Positions 1 through 10,382 of a stretch of 64,000 bases of DNA are shown here, in pieces. The first letter of the stretch is position 1. Each line of letters opens with the position of its first letter. This DNA is from Candidatus Fermentibacterota bacterium. Lineage in GTDB: Bacteria > Fermentibacterota > Fermentibacteria > Fermentibacterales > JCC-6. Position numbers and translations under genes: made by a program. The DNA is taken from contig CAWJQI010000004.1 of the NCBI GenBank assembly GCA_963845085.1, positions 480,001 to 544,000 on the forward strand, read 5' to 3'. The notes under the pieces were generated by a model, which was not told the DNA's origin, ran no database searches, and worked only from the letters and a program-made list of their open reading frames with translations.

Positions 1-704
1 ACCGAACCAGCCGGGCATTGCTCCAGAATCGTCAGAAGAGCCCTGCAGTGGTCTTCCACGAAGAGCCAGTCCCTCCGGTTCAGCCCGTCACCATAAATGG
101 GCAGCTGCATGCCGTCAAGCGCGTTGGTTATGAAAAGAGGGATGAGCTTCTCGGGGTACTGGTACGGGCCGTAGTTGTTCGAGGCCCTTGTCACGGCAAC
201 CGGAGTTCCGTAGGTGTGGTGGTAGCTCATGGCAAGCAGCTCGCCGCCAGCCTTGGAGGCTGAATAGGGGCTTCTGGGGCACAGGGAGTCGGTCTCGAGA
301 GAAAAGCCCGTTTCCACGCTTCCGTAAACCTCGTCGGTGGAAACCTGCAGAAAGAGCGATCTGCTTTCCCGTCTGAACTCCTCGAGAAGAACCCTGACCC
401 CCTCGATGTCTGTTCTGACGAACGACGAAGCTTCCTCGATCGATCTGTCAACATGCGTTTCCGCGGCGAAGTTCACCACGGCATCGCACCCCTTCATGGC
501 GTCGGCCACCGCCGTCGGATCGCAGATGTCGCCCTTGGCGAAGCAGAAACGCGGGTTCGACGCCACGTCCTCGAGATTCTCCATCCGGCCCGCATAGGTG
601 AGCTTGTCCAGCACGACCACGTTCCATGAAGGTCTCGAGGAGACCAGAAGCCTGGCAAAATTGCATCCTATGAATCCGGCTCCACCCGTCACAAGAACCT
701 TCAT
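1..704 (-). CDS. rfbB: dTDP-glucose 4,6-dehydratase (3' end runs off the window)
   Basis: Not in the ORF track. Manual translation from ATG at 704 gives MKVLVTGGAGFIG...LDKLTYAG...NFAAETHVDRSI...VSTDEVYG...PYSASKA...NNYGPYQYPEKLIP, all canonical RmlB motifs. Confidence 0.95.
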   Translation of the reverse strand, partial: MKVLVTGGAGFIGCNFARLLVSSRPSWNVVVLDKLTYAGRMENLEDVASNPRFCFAKGDICDPTAVADAMKGCDAVVNFAAETHVDRSIEEASSFVRTDIEGVRVLLEEFRRESRSLFLQVSTDEVYGSVETGFSLETDSLCPRSPYSASKAGGELLAMSYHHTYGTPVAVTRASNNYGPYQYPEKLIPLFITNALDGMQLPIYGDGLNRRDWLFVEDHCRALLTILEQCPAGS

Positions 705-750
705 TGCGCAACCTTCCCGGGTAAGTTCACTGACATGATGCCCGCCTGAA

Positions 751-2895
751 TCATCTCACAACGGCGAACTTGAACAAATCCGTCACGCCCTGCTGCTCCA
801 GGATGAGAACATACACGCCGGACGGCACAGGCGAACCATCCGTTCCGCGTCCGTCCCATGCGAAATCGTCACGGCCTGTCGTTGAACAGCGGTACAACAG
901 CGCACCCGAAAGATCAAATATGCTCAAATCCATGGGCTCATCGGGCAACCCTGCCATCCCCAGAACTTCCCCGGCTCCGGGTCGGAAAGGATTCGGGTAA
1001 AGCACAGGGCTGTAAGGGCCTTCATAGAGCCCCTGCCCCAGGCTGACCTCCCAGACACCGTGGGAAGTGGCAAGCCAGAGAAGCCCCTCCCCCCAGTCGC
1101 ATGCCATTGCCCTAATGTCGACTTCAGGCAGGGGTGTGTTATAGCTGTTGAACGCCTGCAGCTCGTCTTCGGAACTCAGCCTGTAGAGTGTGCCGGGCAC
1201 CGCGGCCCACACACCTCCCAGGTTATCCGCGCAGAGGCTTCCCACCGGACCGGGCACGCCGTCGATCACCTGAAGGGCGCCGTTCCTCACCCTTGCCAGA
1301 CCTGTTGAGGTGCCGGCATACACGTCTCCGGAGCGGGTAATGGCAAGGCTCAGAACATCATCTGAAGGAAGGCCGTCGGAAGTTCTAAAAACCCTTTCGA
1401 CGCCGGTGCCGACAGACAACTCCGCAAGACCGGCGCTCGTCGCAGCCCAGGCGGAAGTGGCAGAAACCGCCTCAACATCGCGCACGAATTTGCCGGGGAG
1501 GCTGCCGGAACTTGAGATTGTGCTGATGACGGCGGTTTCGGGAAGACCGGGCTGCCAGCTCAACCTGCAGACACCGGAGGCTTCGTCAGGTGTAGCCCAG
1601 TAGGGTTCCTGCGCGAACCAGGCGATCTGATCGTCCCATACCGATATCGCTGTCACCTGGTCGTTGAGCAACCCATCCGATGCGGTGAAGGTGATGCCGT
1701 CATGCACTTCCTGACCATCCCAGTCGAGCCAGGTTACGCCGCTGTGGTACGAAGCTGCAAAAACCGTGTAGTCGCGCACACCCAGCGCAAATATCTGGTT
1801 GTTGTTCGGCATGAAGCCCTGAACCCGGTGCCATTCGTTTCCATAATAGTACCCCACCCCTGAACGGTGCGACCCGACCCAGCAATAGCCTAATGTGTTG
1901 ACACCGATTGAATAAATGTCATTGGAGATACCTCCCGGCGGCGTGTGCCTTGTAACCGTTGAGCCGGATACCAGTGCAAGGCCGGAACCTTCCAGCCTTT
2001 CCTCGGAGATGGCGTTTGTCATCCCCGCAACCGTTCCGACACCTTCGATTTCCGCCAGGGCGGTCAGGAGGTTGCCACCGAAATTGCCCGCCACAGATGT
2101 CCATGTGCCGCCCGAAAACGTGTACAGGGTATCCTGGTCACCGATGGAGATGCCTGACGGGCCGCTCAGAATCGAGGATGGACGGGCCCCGGGGTACGAT
2201 GAGAGGAGCGTCCAGGAGGCGCCGGGAGGACAGATGTAGACATTGTCGCTTGCTATGACCCAGAGCGAGTCGTTCCGTTCCGCGATGGCGCTTACCGCCT
2301 TGCCTGCCAGGAGGTCGACGGCACGCCAGGAGGATGGTTCCGCGGGCGGCAGATCGGGCTGAAGGAGCACCAGCCCTGAATATGTTCCAACGAAAAGACC
2401 GGAATCCACCGGTGCGATGCAGTTCACCACCGAACTCGGCAACCCTCCACCCGTGCCGCTTTCATTGTATGTCACGAAGAATCCGAGGCTGTTGATCGAT
2501 AGACCCTGTGTGGTGGCAGCGTATATCACTGTATCGGGGTAGACCTGGTTGACCATCAGGTTCAAAGGAAGTCCCTCGAGCTGGCCGTAGCGGGTGACCG
2601 AACCGTCCGGGTGGAAGACCTCTATCCCGCCGCCGAGGTAGGCAATCCACATGCTTCCGTCGGAATCGGGATAAAGGCTTGCGACACGGTCCCAACCCAG
2701 GCGCTGACCGTATGTCCAGGTGGAATCGAACGCAATCCCGTCATCGGAAACAGTACAGAACAGAACGCCTCCCCCTGTGGCGACGGTGAGTTGGTTCCCC
2801 TCCGAGATCATTCCGTTGAAACCGCCGAAATGGGGATGGTGCAACCAAAAAGACACTTCAATGGCTGCTGAGAGAATGAGTGGGATCATGTTCAT
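751..2895 (-). CDS. PorZ-like beta-propeller protein (Reg_prop-type repeats) with C-terminal FlgD-Ig/T9SS-type domain
   Basis: GLPS-N/D-V propeller repeats. C-terminus has YPNPF...WDG...SGVY...KFAVVR. Start set at ATG 2895 (GGAGG RBS, ATGA overlap with the upstream stop). Confidence 0.75.
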   Translation of the reverse strand: MNMIPLILSAAIEVSFWLHHPHFGGFNGMISEGNQLTVATGGGVLFCTVSDDGIAFDSTWTYGQRLGWDRVASLYPDSDGSMWIAYLGGGIEVFHPDGSVTRYGQLEGLPLNLMVNQVYPDTVIYAATTQGLSINSLGFFVTYNESGTGGGLPSSVVNCIAPVDSGLFVGTYSGLVLLQPDLPPAEPSSWRAVDLLAGKAVSAIAERNDSLWVIASDNVYICPPGASWTLLSSYPGARPSSILSGPSGISIGDQDTLYTFSGGTWTSVAGNFGGNLLTALAEIEGVGTVAGMTNAISEERLEGSGLALVSGSTVTRHTPPGGISNDIYSIGVNTLGYCWVGSHRSGVGYYYGNEWHRVQGFMPNNNQIFALGVRDYTVFAASYHSGVTWLDWDGQEVHDGITFTASDGLLNDQVTAISVWDDQIAWFAQEPYWATPDEASGVCRLSWQPGLPETAVISTISSSGSLPGKFVRDVEAVSATSAWAATSAGLAELSVGTGVERVFRTSDGLPSDDVLSLAITRSGDVYAGTSTGLARVRNGALQVIDGVPGPVGSLCADNLGGVWAAVPGTLYRLSSEDELQAFNSYNTPLPEVDIRAMACDWGEGLLWLATSHGVWEVSLGQGLYEGPYSPVLYPNPFRPGAGEVLGMAGLPDEPMDLSIFDLSGALLYRCSTTGRDDFAWDGRGTDGSPVPSGVYVLILEQQGVTDLFKFAVVR

Positions 2896-3839
2896 GGAAT
2901 CCTCCGGCTCCACCAGGAATATAGATCGGAAAGTCCTTCTTCGTGACCAATCTCGGGAATGAAACCGCCCAGTGCAAGAAGTTTGCCGGGATCCCCGATC
3001 TGCCGGTCGTGATCCACTTCACGGGCGAGCAGGGGGTCCGTGACCACGGCAAGAGAGGCTCCTGAAACCCTTATCAGCACATCGAGCAGCTCTCCCATCG
3101 AAACACCGATGCCGCTGCACACGTTGTACACCTCTCCCGGGTAGCCCCTTGCGAGCAGCACTGCGTAAGCTCTCACAACATCCCTGACATGAAGGTAGTC
3201 CCGCACCGGAAACAGATTTCCCGTCTTCAGCACAGTTGTACCGCTTCTCTCCGCCTCGACTATCCGCCGGCAGAATGAGGCAAGTGCAAATCGGTCGGCC
3301 TGACCCGGGCCGTAATGGGGAAAGGATCGGGCCGTTACGATCGCAAGCCCCTTCTCCTTCACAAAATGGGTCGCTGCCTGCTCCATCGCGGCCTTGCTGG
3401 CAGCGTAGGGGCTGCCAGGGCACATCGGCGAAGTTTCTAGAAGGCGCTGACCTGACCGCGCGTACACCTCGGATGAGCTTGCGAGCAATATCCTTGCCCC
3501 GGGGCACCTTTCCTGGGCGAGACAGAGCAGCTCAATAGTTCCCATAAGGTTGACGGCGTACACATCCCTAAGGTCAAGACGGGATCCCTGAACGGACGAA
3601 CGGGCTGCAAGGTGAACTATCGTCCTGAAGCCGCCCAGATCAGGTGCAGCCGGCTCGGGCAGCCTCCAGGAAACCGTTTTCACCCCCGGAGGGGCGGGGA
3701 ATGTCGCCGTGACATCGGCCGCAGCATCTCCTTCACGCATGTTCAGTTCATCCATCAGGTGGGCACCGACGAAACCTGCGGCCCCGGTTACAAGAATCGG
3801 GCCATCCTCAAGCATCACGCCGCTTCTGGTCTCCCTCAC
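2892..3839 (-). CDS. NAD-dependent epimerase/dehydratase, GDP-4-keto-6-deoxymannose reductase (Rmd)-like
   Basis: VTGAAGFVG, SSSEVY, PYAASK, HYGPGQ and GNLFPVRDYLHVRDVV motifs. GTG start at 3839 overlaps the murB stop; ATG 3815 is an alternative. Confidence 0.8.
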   Translation of the reverse strand: MRETRSGVMLEDGPILVTGAAGFVGAHLMDELNMREGDAAADVTATFPAPPGVKTVSWRLPEPAAPDLGGFRTIVHLAARSSVQGSRLDLRDVYAVNLMGTIELLCLAQERCPGARILLASSSEVYARSGQRLLETSPMCPGSPYAASKAAMEQAATHFVKEKGLAIVTARSFPHYGPGQADRFALASFCRRIVEAERSGTTVLKTGNLFPVRDYLHVRDVVRAYAVLLARGYPGEVYNVCSGIGVSMGELLDVLIRVSGASLAVVTDPLLAREVDHDRQIGDPGKLLALGGFIPEIGHEEGLSDLYSWWSRRIP

Positions 3840-4735
3840 GGTTCCTCTCCAAGGATACGGATCTCTTCCTGAAGCAGAAAACCCGTCAGTTCCATCACCC
3901 TCTGCCTGGCCATCCGGATGAGGGTCAATATATCTTCCGAACACGCGTTGCCGGTATTCTCGATGAAGTTGGCATGAACCGGGGAAAAACGGGCTCCACC
4001 AATGGCATGACCCTTAAGACCGCAATCTTCAAGAAGCTTTCCGGGCGGGGGGCCGTTTTCCGGTCTGCGGAAAACGCTTCCGGCGTTCGGAACCGTAATG
4101 GGAAAGCTGTTCCTCCGTTTTTCGAGAACTTCCCGAGCCCTGCCCCTCAGTTCATCCCTGTCACCCGGAACAAGTTTCATGGTCACCTCTACAACAGCAC
4201 CGGGGACCTTCTGAAAACCGCTCGTCCTGTATGCGAATCCGCATTCCTCGCGTGAGAGCTCGCGGCAGTCGCCCCCGGGGTAGACGACCCGGACCGAGCT
4301 TGTGATTTCAGCCATTGAATCGCCATAAGCTCCGGCATTCATGAAAACGGCTCCCCCCACCGTGCCCGGAATGCCGACCGAGAAAACCATGCCGGAAAGA
4401 CCAGCCGAACACGCCGATCCGGAAACGGACGGCAGGGTCGCGCCCGCGCCGGAAATGATGGTGTCACCGTGGATCCCGAATGTCCTGAAGCTCCCCTGAA
4501 GGTTTATGGCAACGCCATCCCAGCCCCTGGACGGAGCGAGCAGGTTCGATCCCCTGCCGATCATCGACCATTCCACACCTTCGCGGGCTATCCATTTCAT
4601 CATCCCGCAGAGTTCCGCTGTGTTTTCCGGGAACAGCACGGTGCAGGGGCCGCCGATACGCCATGTCGTCAGCCGGGAAAGCGGCACCACCTTGCTGCGG
4701 TCAGGGAATGCCCTCAGAGCGTCAGTGTTGTTCAT
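3836..4735 (-). CDS. murB: UDP-N-acetylenolpyruvoylglucosamine reductase
   Basis: TTWRIGG, GRGSNLL, GIPGTVGGAVFMNAGAYG, FAYRTS, NAGSVF and HANFI motifs. ATG 4735 overlaps the upstream TGA. Confidence 0.95.
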   Translation of the reverse strand: MNNTDALRAFPDRSKVVPLSRLTTWRIGGPCTVLFPENTAELCGMMKWIAREGVEWSMIGRGSNLLAPSRGWDGVAINLQGSFRTFGIHGDTIISGAGATLPSVSGSACSAGLSGMVFSVGIPGTVGGAVFMNAGAYGDSMAEITSSVRVVYPGGDCRELSREECGFAYRTSGFQKVPGAVVEVTMKLVPGDRDELRGRAREVLEKRRNSFPITVPNAGSVFRRPENGPPPGKLLEDCGLKGHAIGGARFSPVHANFIENTGNACSEDILTLIRMARQRVMELTGFLLQEEIRILGEEP

Positions 4736-5682
4736 CTCCTGAAGTCCCTTCCGGAAAGCCCCATCAGGCAGGCGCCGACGGAAAGGTACGTGAAACCGGC
4801 CAGTGGGCGTCCGTGTCGCTCCATGTACCCGAGTACCATCCGGTAGACGGCAGGTTTCAAGGCGAATCGGCATGCAGTACGCATGAAAATGGTTCCAGGG
4901 GTGACCGGGGGGGTGAAGAGCGGCTGTACCCAGCGGCTTCCCAGCAGACCAGAGGCCTCGGGATGTTTTTCGAGCATGTATTTCAGCCCCGTGGCGCCGT
5001 ATTCGAGCATCTTCTCGGAATGCTTCCGGGGGCTGACAACATCCATGTGGAGCACTTCGATCTCAGGATTCCAGTGAAATGAAGCCCCCTGCTTCCAAAG
5101 CCTGAGCCCTGCCTCCACATCCTCCCCGCCGTACCGTTCGATGGCGGTGTCGAAGCCGCCCACCGCCAGGAGCATCTCCGGATCAACACTCAGGTTGCCC
5201 GTGATGAAGTACTTCCAGGGGAACGTCCCGGCGGGTCTGCATCCCATTGCCCTTGTGTCGAACCACTTCTGCCAGCGTGTTGCATCCGCGGAATGAGCAT
5301 TGATGCGGGCACCCATCAGAAACCGGGCTCCCATGGCCCTCCGTATCTCAAGATGCCGGAGCAGAAGGTCCGGATCGAACTCAAGATCGGCATCCATGAG
5401 GAGTGCAACGGGAGCGCTGCCGGCTTTCAAGGCCTCGTTCCGCGCTGCCGACCTGTTGCCCGGACCGTCGATGCGTAAGACCCTCACCCGGGCATTTTCA
5501 GGCAGCTCGGCCAGAATGGAGCCGAACTCCCTGTCAACGGGCACCCGGCTGCCGTCGTCGGAAATGACGAGCTCCCAGGGAATGCCGTGCGTATCCTGCC
5601 GTGCCAGGCAGACCAGGGTCGCCCTGAACATGGAGCCGCCATTCCTTACCGGGATCTGAACCGATACTTCAGGTTTTGGCAT
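4732..5682 (-). CDS. Glycosyltransferase family 2
   Basis: VSVQIPVRN, DDGS, SAARN, DAD and GGED motifs. Confidence 0.9.
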   Translation of the reverse strand: MPKPEVSVQIPVRNGGSMFRATLVCLARQDTHGIPWELVISDDGSRVPVDREFGSILAELPENARVRVLRIDGPGNRSAARNEALKAGSAPVALLMDADLEFDPDLLLRHLEIRRAMGARFLMGARINAHSADATRWQKWFDTRAMGCRPAGTFPWKYFITGNLSVDPEMLLAVGGFDTAIERYGGEDVEAGLRLWKQGASFHWNPEIEVLHMDVVSPRKHSEKMLEYGATGLKYMLEKHPEASGLLGSRWVQPLFTPPVTPGTIFMRTACRFALKPAVYRMVLGYMERHGRPLAGFTYLSVGACLMGLSGRDFRR

Positions 5683-7081
5683 TGTCCGCCCCTGCCGCCC
5701 TCAATCCGACGAGCACCACCGCGGTGAGGAAGGTGACAACCAGCACCAGCACCGATCTGACGCCGGAACCCAGCCCCGCAGCCGCCCCTGCCGCCACGGG
5801 AATTGCCATCAGCGGAATGATTGCGCCGAAGCTCACCGGAAAGACCCGTCTTCCCAGCCAGAACAGGCTCATCCCCATGAACATGTTCGCTGCAAGGGTG
5901 GCAAAAGCCGCACCGACAGCACCCGCAACGGGGATGAGCCTGAGATTGAAGCCTATGTTCAACAGAGCACCGAAGAATGTCATCCCTCCGATGTACCGGG
6001 TCTGGCCCGTCAGCAGGGGACCGGTCTGGCTCACCGTGAACAGGGCGTACAGAGCCCCGGAAGCGGCGATCCACGGAAGCACCGAAGCTGCCGGCAGCCA
6101 CTCCTCCCCCCCGAAGAGGAGGGTGACCTCCCGGGAGGCCAGGGCAAGCACCGTCGATGCCCAGACAACGCCGGCCATGAATGCAAGAGCCGTCCTCCCC
6201 AGCTCACCAAGCGAGCCGCCTTCCCTTTTCTTTCGGAAGATGTACCTCTGCCAGGCCATGCCGAAACCCAGGGTCAGCGGGGAAAGCACCATGGCGGCAC
6301 GGGTTGCCCACTCGTAGTAGCCGCTCTGGTCAAGATCGGTCGACATCGTTCTGAGCATGACGATGTCCGCGCCTGAAAGCACGATCATGGCCAGCCCGGC
6401 AGGGATGAGCGGCAGACCGAAGGCAAGGAGCCTTCGCGAAAGGCCGGGGTCGACTTTCCCGGCTGAATCGGCGGTGCGTCTGAGCATTACAAGAAGCACC
6501 GTTCCGAACGCCGCCAGCGTGGGTATCCATCTCGCGCCCAGGAAGGCCGCGAGCATCGGGATTCCCCTGATACCGGCCACGAACAGCAGCAAAAGCCCAA
6601 GGCTGGCAAGACCCCTGCACAACTGGAGCAGGAAGAAGAAGACAGCCATCCCCCTTGCCCTTGCAGTGGCCGATGCAGCCTGGAAAAGGGCCACGCCGCC
6701 ACCGAGTGCAAGAGCATGAAGCAAAAGCCCCGAGTCGGAAAGGTGAAGCCCGGCAAGAAGCCCCGGCATCAGAACGACCGCCAGCAAGGCACAGACCATG
6801 ATCGGAAGAAGGGGCAGAAGGGAGGAAAGGACGAGTATCCTTCTTTTGGCCATGCTCTCATGCCAGGCACGCATGACCGCGGTGGGAAGGCCGAGGATCG
6901 ATATGGCCGCTACGACCTCGCTGATCGTGGTAAGAACACCCAGCTCCCCGGCTTCGGCCGGAGTGAGCCACGTGCTCATGAACGGCAGGAATGCAAGCTG
7001 CACCATGCCGTTCACAACCATTGCCCCCGCGTAAAGAAGCGTTTCCCGGCCGAGTTCCCTGCCGACTGTGTCAGTGCCCAA
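5669..7081 (-). CDS. Wzx-like polysaccharide flippase
   Basis: Many TM helices, WLTPAEAG and LNIGFNLRLIP..GAVGAAFAT motifs. Start is uncertain; TTG at 7081 chosen, ORF is open to 7177. Confidence 0.85.
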   Translation of the reverse strand: MGTDTVGRELGRETLLYAGAMVVNGMVQLAFLPFMSTWLTPAEAGELGVLTTISEVVAAISILGLPTAVMRAWHESMAKRRILVLSSLLPLLPIMVCALLAVVLMPGLLAGLHLSDSGLLLHALALGGGVALFQAASATARARGMAVFFFLLQLCRGLASLGLLLLFVAGIRGIPMLAAFLGARWIPTLAAFGTVLLVMLRRTADSAGKVDPGLSRRLLAFGLPLIPAGLAMIVLSGADIVMLRTMSTDLDQSGYYEWATRAAMVLSPLTLGFGMAWQRYIFRKKREGGSLGELGRTALAFMAGVVWASTVLALASREVTLLFGGEEWLPAASVLPWIAASGALYALFTVSQTGPLLTGQTRYIGGMTFFGALLNIGFNLRLIPVAGAVGAAFATLAANMFMGMSLFWLGRRVFPVSFGAIIPLMAIPVAAGAAAGLGSGVRSVLVLVVTFLTAVVLVGLRAAGADNAKT

Positions 7082-8150
7082 CGGTCCACCCCAGTTCCCG
7101 GTAGCGCCTGTGGAGATGCTCGGCGACCGTTCTCCAATGATGATGCTTCCTGATCCATGCGGGACCGGCCTGTGCATAACGGTTCCTGAGATCCGGATCG
7201 ATCACCAGTTCCCTCAGCCGGTTCTCCAGGTTTTCAGGGGTCACGGTGAAGAACGGGTGGTCGGGAATGAACTCCTCGTAGGCACCGGAGAGGTTCGTCA
7301 CCGTGCAAATTCCCATGGAAAGGCTCTCGAGGGAATTGACCCCGTAGCCCATGTCGCCGCTTGCCACCTGGTCAACAGCGATCTGGCAGCCCGATTTCAT
7401 CTCCATTGCTCTGGCATGCGACACGTTCTCGATCAATACAAGCTCCACAGGAAGCGACTCCGAGAGATTCCGGACCGCCTTTACTATGGCTTCGGTCCCC
7501 TTCACGGCGCGAATTCTCGGAGCATGGCAGATCCTCACCCTGTCTGATGCCGGCCTTGCCGAAGGCACCTGGTCGGGGTCGAAGGGAAGGAAAAGGTACT
7601 CGATCTCGGGGTACCTTTGAAAGAGGTCGAATTCACACGTTGTGTGCAGATCCGTCGCCTCCCAGACCGGTCTGATCGCCCCCCGCATCCGGAGGTCGAG
7701 GCCGTGGTAATTGCTTACTATCTTCTTGCCCATGGCCTTCAGCCTTTTAATGTCCCTTCCGTCCCGGAAGAAACTCATCCCACCCTCGAGATGATAGATG
7801 TCGAACTCGTCGAGATGGTGTTTCCTTCGCGCCCCTGCAAGGATGGGAGTCCAGAGGAGATCACGGAATGCCATAAGGACACGTTCCGCCCTGGACGGCG
7901 ACCAGAACATCCTCTGCGAAGTTCCGGTGAAGGGGACGCGAAGGCTGCCGCTTCTCACAAGCCGTTTGAGCGCCCAAAGCCATTCCATGGGGCCAACGAA
8001 GGGGAGGTTAAGGCAGATGTCCTCGCTGTAGAGGTTCCTGGCCCTGTAAAAGGTGACAAGATTGCTTTCATGGCCCAGGCTTCTATGCCCGCGGACGAAA
8101 AGGGTCAGCACGCCAGTGTAGTTCTGCGGGGAAAGATGAAGGATCCTCAT
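7071..8150 (-). CDS. Glycosyltransferase, GT-B fold (GT4-like)
   Basis: MRILHL N-terminus; HAP...KGT and DQ...YGVNSLESLSMG in the donor-binding region. Confidence 0.8.
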   Translation of the reverse strand: MRILHLSPQNYTGVLTLFVRGHRSLGHESNLVTFYRARNLYSEDICLNLPFVGPMEWLWALKRLVRSGSLRVPFTGTSQRMFWSPSRAERVLMAFRDLLWTPILAGARRKHHLDEFDIYHLEGGMSFFRDGRDIKRLKAMGKKIVSNYHGLDLRMRGAIRPVWEATDLHTTCEFDLFQRYPEIEYLFLPFDPDQVPSARPASDRVRICHAPRIRAVKGTEAIVKAVRNLSESLPVELVLIENVSHARAMEMKSGCQIAVDQVASGDMGYGVNSLESLSMGICTVTNLSGAYEEFIPDHPFFTVTPENLENRLRELVIDPDLRNRYAQAGPAWIRKHHHWRTVAEHLHRRYRELGWTVGH

Positions 8151-9370
8151 TGCGCCCGCCGTTTCAAAAAAGCCATGCCGACGGCGACAAGCCCAAGCCC
8201 GAACACGGACTGGATAACCGCCCCGGGAACGCCCGCGGCCCTGTAACCGGCCGTGTCGGGTCCGGAATGGGCCGGTGAAACAAGGGTGTTCACGAGGGGG
8301 GAGCGCTCCGCCGACCAGATCACTGCCTGCCGGCCTGCCGTGTGGAATGAATCGGGTCCAAGGCTCCGCTCAAGGGCGTTCGTATCGGTAAGCCCTGCCG
8401 CAAGAGAAACAAGCAGAGCAAGAACGGCAAGAAAAGCAAATGACTTGCCGCCCGCCCCGGCCCTCAGCAGGGGAAGGAAGAGCAGGGGAAGGGATGGGAA
8501 CAGAAACCTTGGACCCCAGCCCGTTCCACCCGTCCAGTCGTAAAGAAAGCCGTGAAGCAGCAGTGAAAAAACGAATGGAAGCCAGAGCCTGGGGTCGCGA
8601 CAGGAGAGCACGGCAGCCACCCACATCGGCGCGTACCACAGCAGCCCTTTCCCGGGGCTGAACAGCAGCCCGACGATACCCGTTGATGCAGGATCGAACG
8701 AGATCGCAGGATCCTGACCGTGGCCGTCGTCGAGTATGCTTCCGAACCGGTACTGGTTGTAGGCCATGATGATGAGGACAAACGGGATCAATCCTGAAAA
8801 GAAGGACAGGTAACCCTTCCTCTCCCCGGCGCCAAGCCAGTACACCGGCAGAAGGATTGCGGAATCGGCCCTTACAAGGATCGCCATGCCCAGGAATGCC
8901 CCTGCGGCGGCGAAGCTCCTGCGGTGCATCAGAACGGCGCCCCACAGGGCGAATGCTGCTGCAGCAGTTACATCGTACGGCATCCTTCCGTACATGAGGC
9001 CCATGCAGCCGAGCATGACCGGCACGAGGCGCCTTCTGTCTATTCTTCCGAAGAAGCCCCTTCCAAGAGCATCGAGCGACAGAAGAAGCGCAAGGCTCAG
9101 AAGGGCTCCGGTCGCCGCCCCCGCCGCCTTGCCCGCATCCTGTCCGACCAGCAGTCCAAAGGCTGCTGACGGCAGGAGCACGAGCGAGTAGCCTGGACCG
9201 TGGGGAACGTACGATTCAGAGCGCACCCCGCTTACCAGCCAGCCGCACTCGGCGGTAAAGAGCGGTCTTGCCCCGAGCATTGACTCGGCCACCTGGTACT
9301 GGGAGACGATGTCGGTCGTGAAAAGCCTTCCGCCGAACACAAGCGCAAGCAGCCCGGCCCAGATGATCAT
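8147..9370 (-). CDS. Polytopic membrane protein, GT-C-like glycosyltransferase
   Basis: Multiple TM segments with YNQYRFG, GLLFSPGKGLLWYAP and WGPRFL motifs. Start approximate. Confidence 0.6.
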   Translation of the reverse strand: MIIWAGLLALVFGGRLFTTDIVSQYQVAESMLGARPLFTAECGWLVSGVRSESYVPHGPGYSLVLLPSAAFGLLVGQDAGKAAGAATGALLSLALLLSLDALGRGFFGRIDRRRLVPVMLGCMGLMYGRMPYDVTAAAAFALWGAVLMHRRSFAAAGAFLGMAILVRADSAILLPVYWLGAGERKGYLSFFSGLIPFVLIIMAYNQYRFGSILDDGHGQDPAISFDPASTGIVGLLFSPGKGLLWYAPMWVAAVLSCRDPRLWLPFVFSLLLHGFLYDWTGGTGWGPRFLFPSLPLLFLPLLRAGAGGKSFAFLAVLALLVSLAAGLTDTNALERSLGPDSFHTAGRQAVIWSAERSPLVNTLVSPAHSGPDTAGYRAAGVPGAVIQSVFGLGLVAVGMAFLKRRAQ

Positions 9371-9404
9371 CGGGCCAATGGCGCCGGAGCTTGTCAGGGG
9401 CCGG

Positions 9405-10382
9405 TCAGACCTTTCCAACGAAGGTGTTCCTGAACATTCCCCTGGCAGTGAAGCTTTCCTTGAACCTGCAAAGACCATGGTTCACTTCCCCGTTCAGGGT
9501 GAAGGTGCCCAGGTCAAGATGGCTGTAGCCCATCTGTCGGGCCCATTCAATGACTTCCCGATAGACGAGGTTGACGGGTCTAAGGGACTGGTGTTTCTCA
9601 TTATGGCTTATGTAGAAGGCAAGCGTCACTCTTGGGTTGGCGTGGAACATCACCATGCCGGCGAAAACCTCTCCCGCGTCATCAACCGTTATGAACTGCC
9701 TGATCTTCTCCGGTCCGAGAAGTGCCTCAAGCCTCACCAACTCCTCAAGGGTATGCGTCGGACTGACCCCGTGGCGGTCGTTGAGGTTTCCGGCGAGAAC
9801 GGGATAAAACCTCGAGAAGTCCCTGTCCTCAATAACCCTGAGCCCCGATTTCCTGGCCTTCCGCACCCCCCGCCTCGCGGACTCGCGAAAGGCGAGGTCG
9901 ATCTCCTCGCCAAGCCTTCTGAGGTCTATCAGTGCGGTAAGCTCGCTCTTGGAACGGGTGAAGCCGTGGTTCTGAAGGACAAAGTCGATGTAGTTGTGGG
10001 GCCTGCGGAAGTAGACCGTGGGGGGAATTGTCATCTCCAGCATGCCGTAGCCCGCCCTGCGGCAGTATTCAAGAAGATCATCGATAAGGTTTTCCACCGT
10101 GGAGAGGGATGCGTCATCCTCGAGCACCGGGCCACCGTAAGAAGCCCCGGGATAGCTGCGGAACCAGGTTGTGCCGTCCCTGTCCGCGAGGGCTCCCGGT
10201 ATGATGGCTGCAATCCTGCCGTCCGAATCCTCGGCGATCAGGTGTTCGTTCCGGAAACGACCTTCGGGGTGGTAGTCGAGAAACGCGGGAAGGTGAAAGA
10301 CCGTCCCGTTGTTCGAGCGGTGTACGAAGTCGGTCCAGGGTTTCCTGTCGTCTGAAGTCGCGGGTCTGATCCTGAACATCAT
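9405..10382 (-). CDS. GNAT/FemAB-like acyltransferase
   Basis: NGTVFH, SYPGASYGG, RRGVRKA, LDLGT and GLCRFKESF motifs indicate a double GNAT fold. Confidence 0.85.
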   Translation of the reverse strand: MMFRIRPATSDDRKPWTDFVHRSNNGTVFHLPAFLDYHPEGRFRNEHLIAEDSDGRIAAIIPGALADRDGTTWFRSYPGASYGGPVLEDDASLSTVENLIDDLLEYCRRAGYGMLEMTIPPTVYFRRPHNYIDFVLQNHGFTRSKSELTALIDLRRLGEEIDLAFRESARRGVRKARKSGLRVIEDRDFSRFYPVLAGNLNDRHGVSPTHTLEELVRLEALLGPEKIRQFITVDDAGEVFAGMVMFHANPRVTLAFYISHNEKHQSLRPVNLVYREVIEWARQMGYSHLDLGTFTLNGEVNHGLCRFKESFTARGMFRNTFVGKV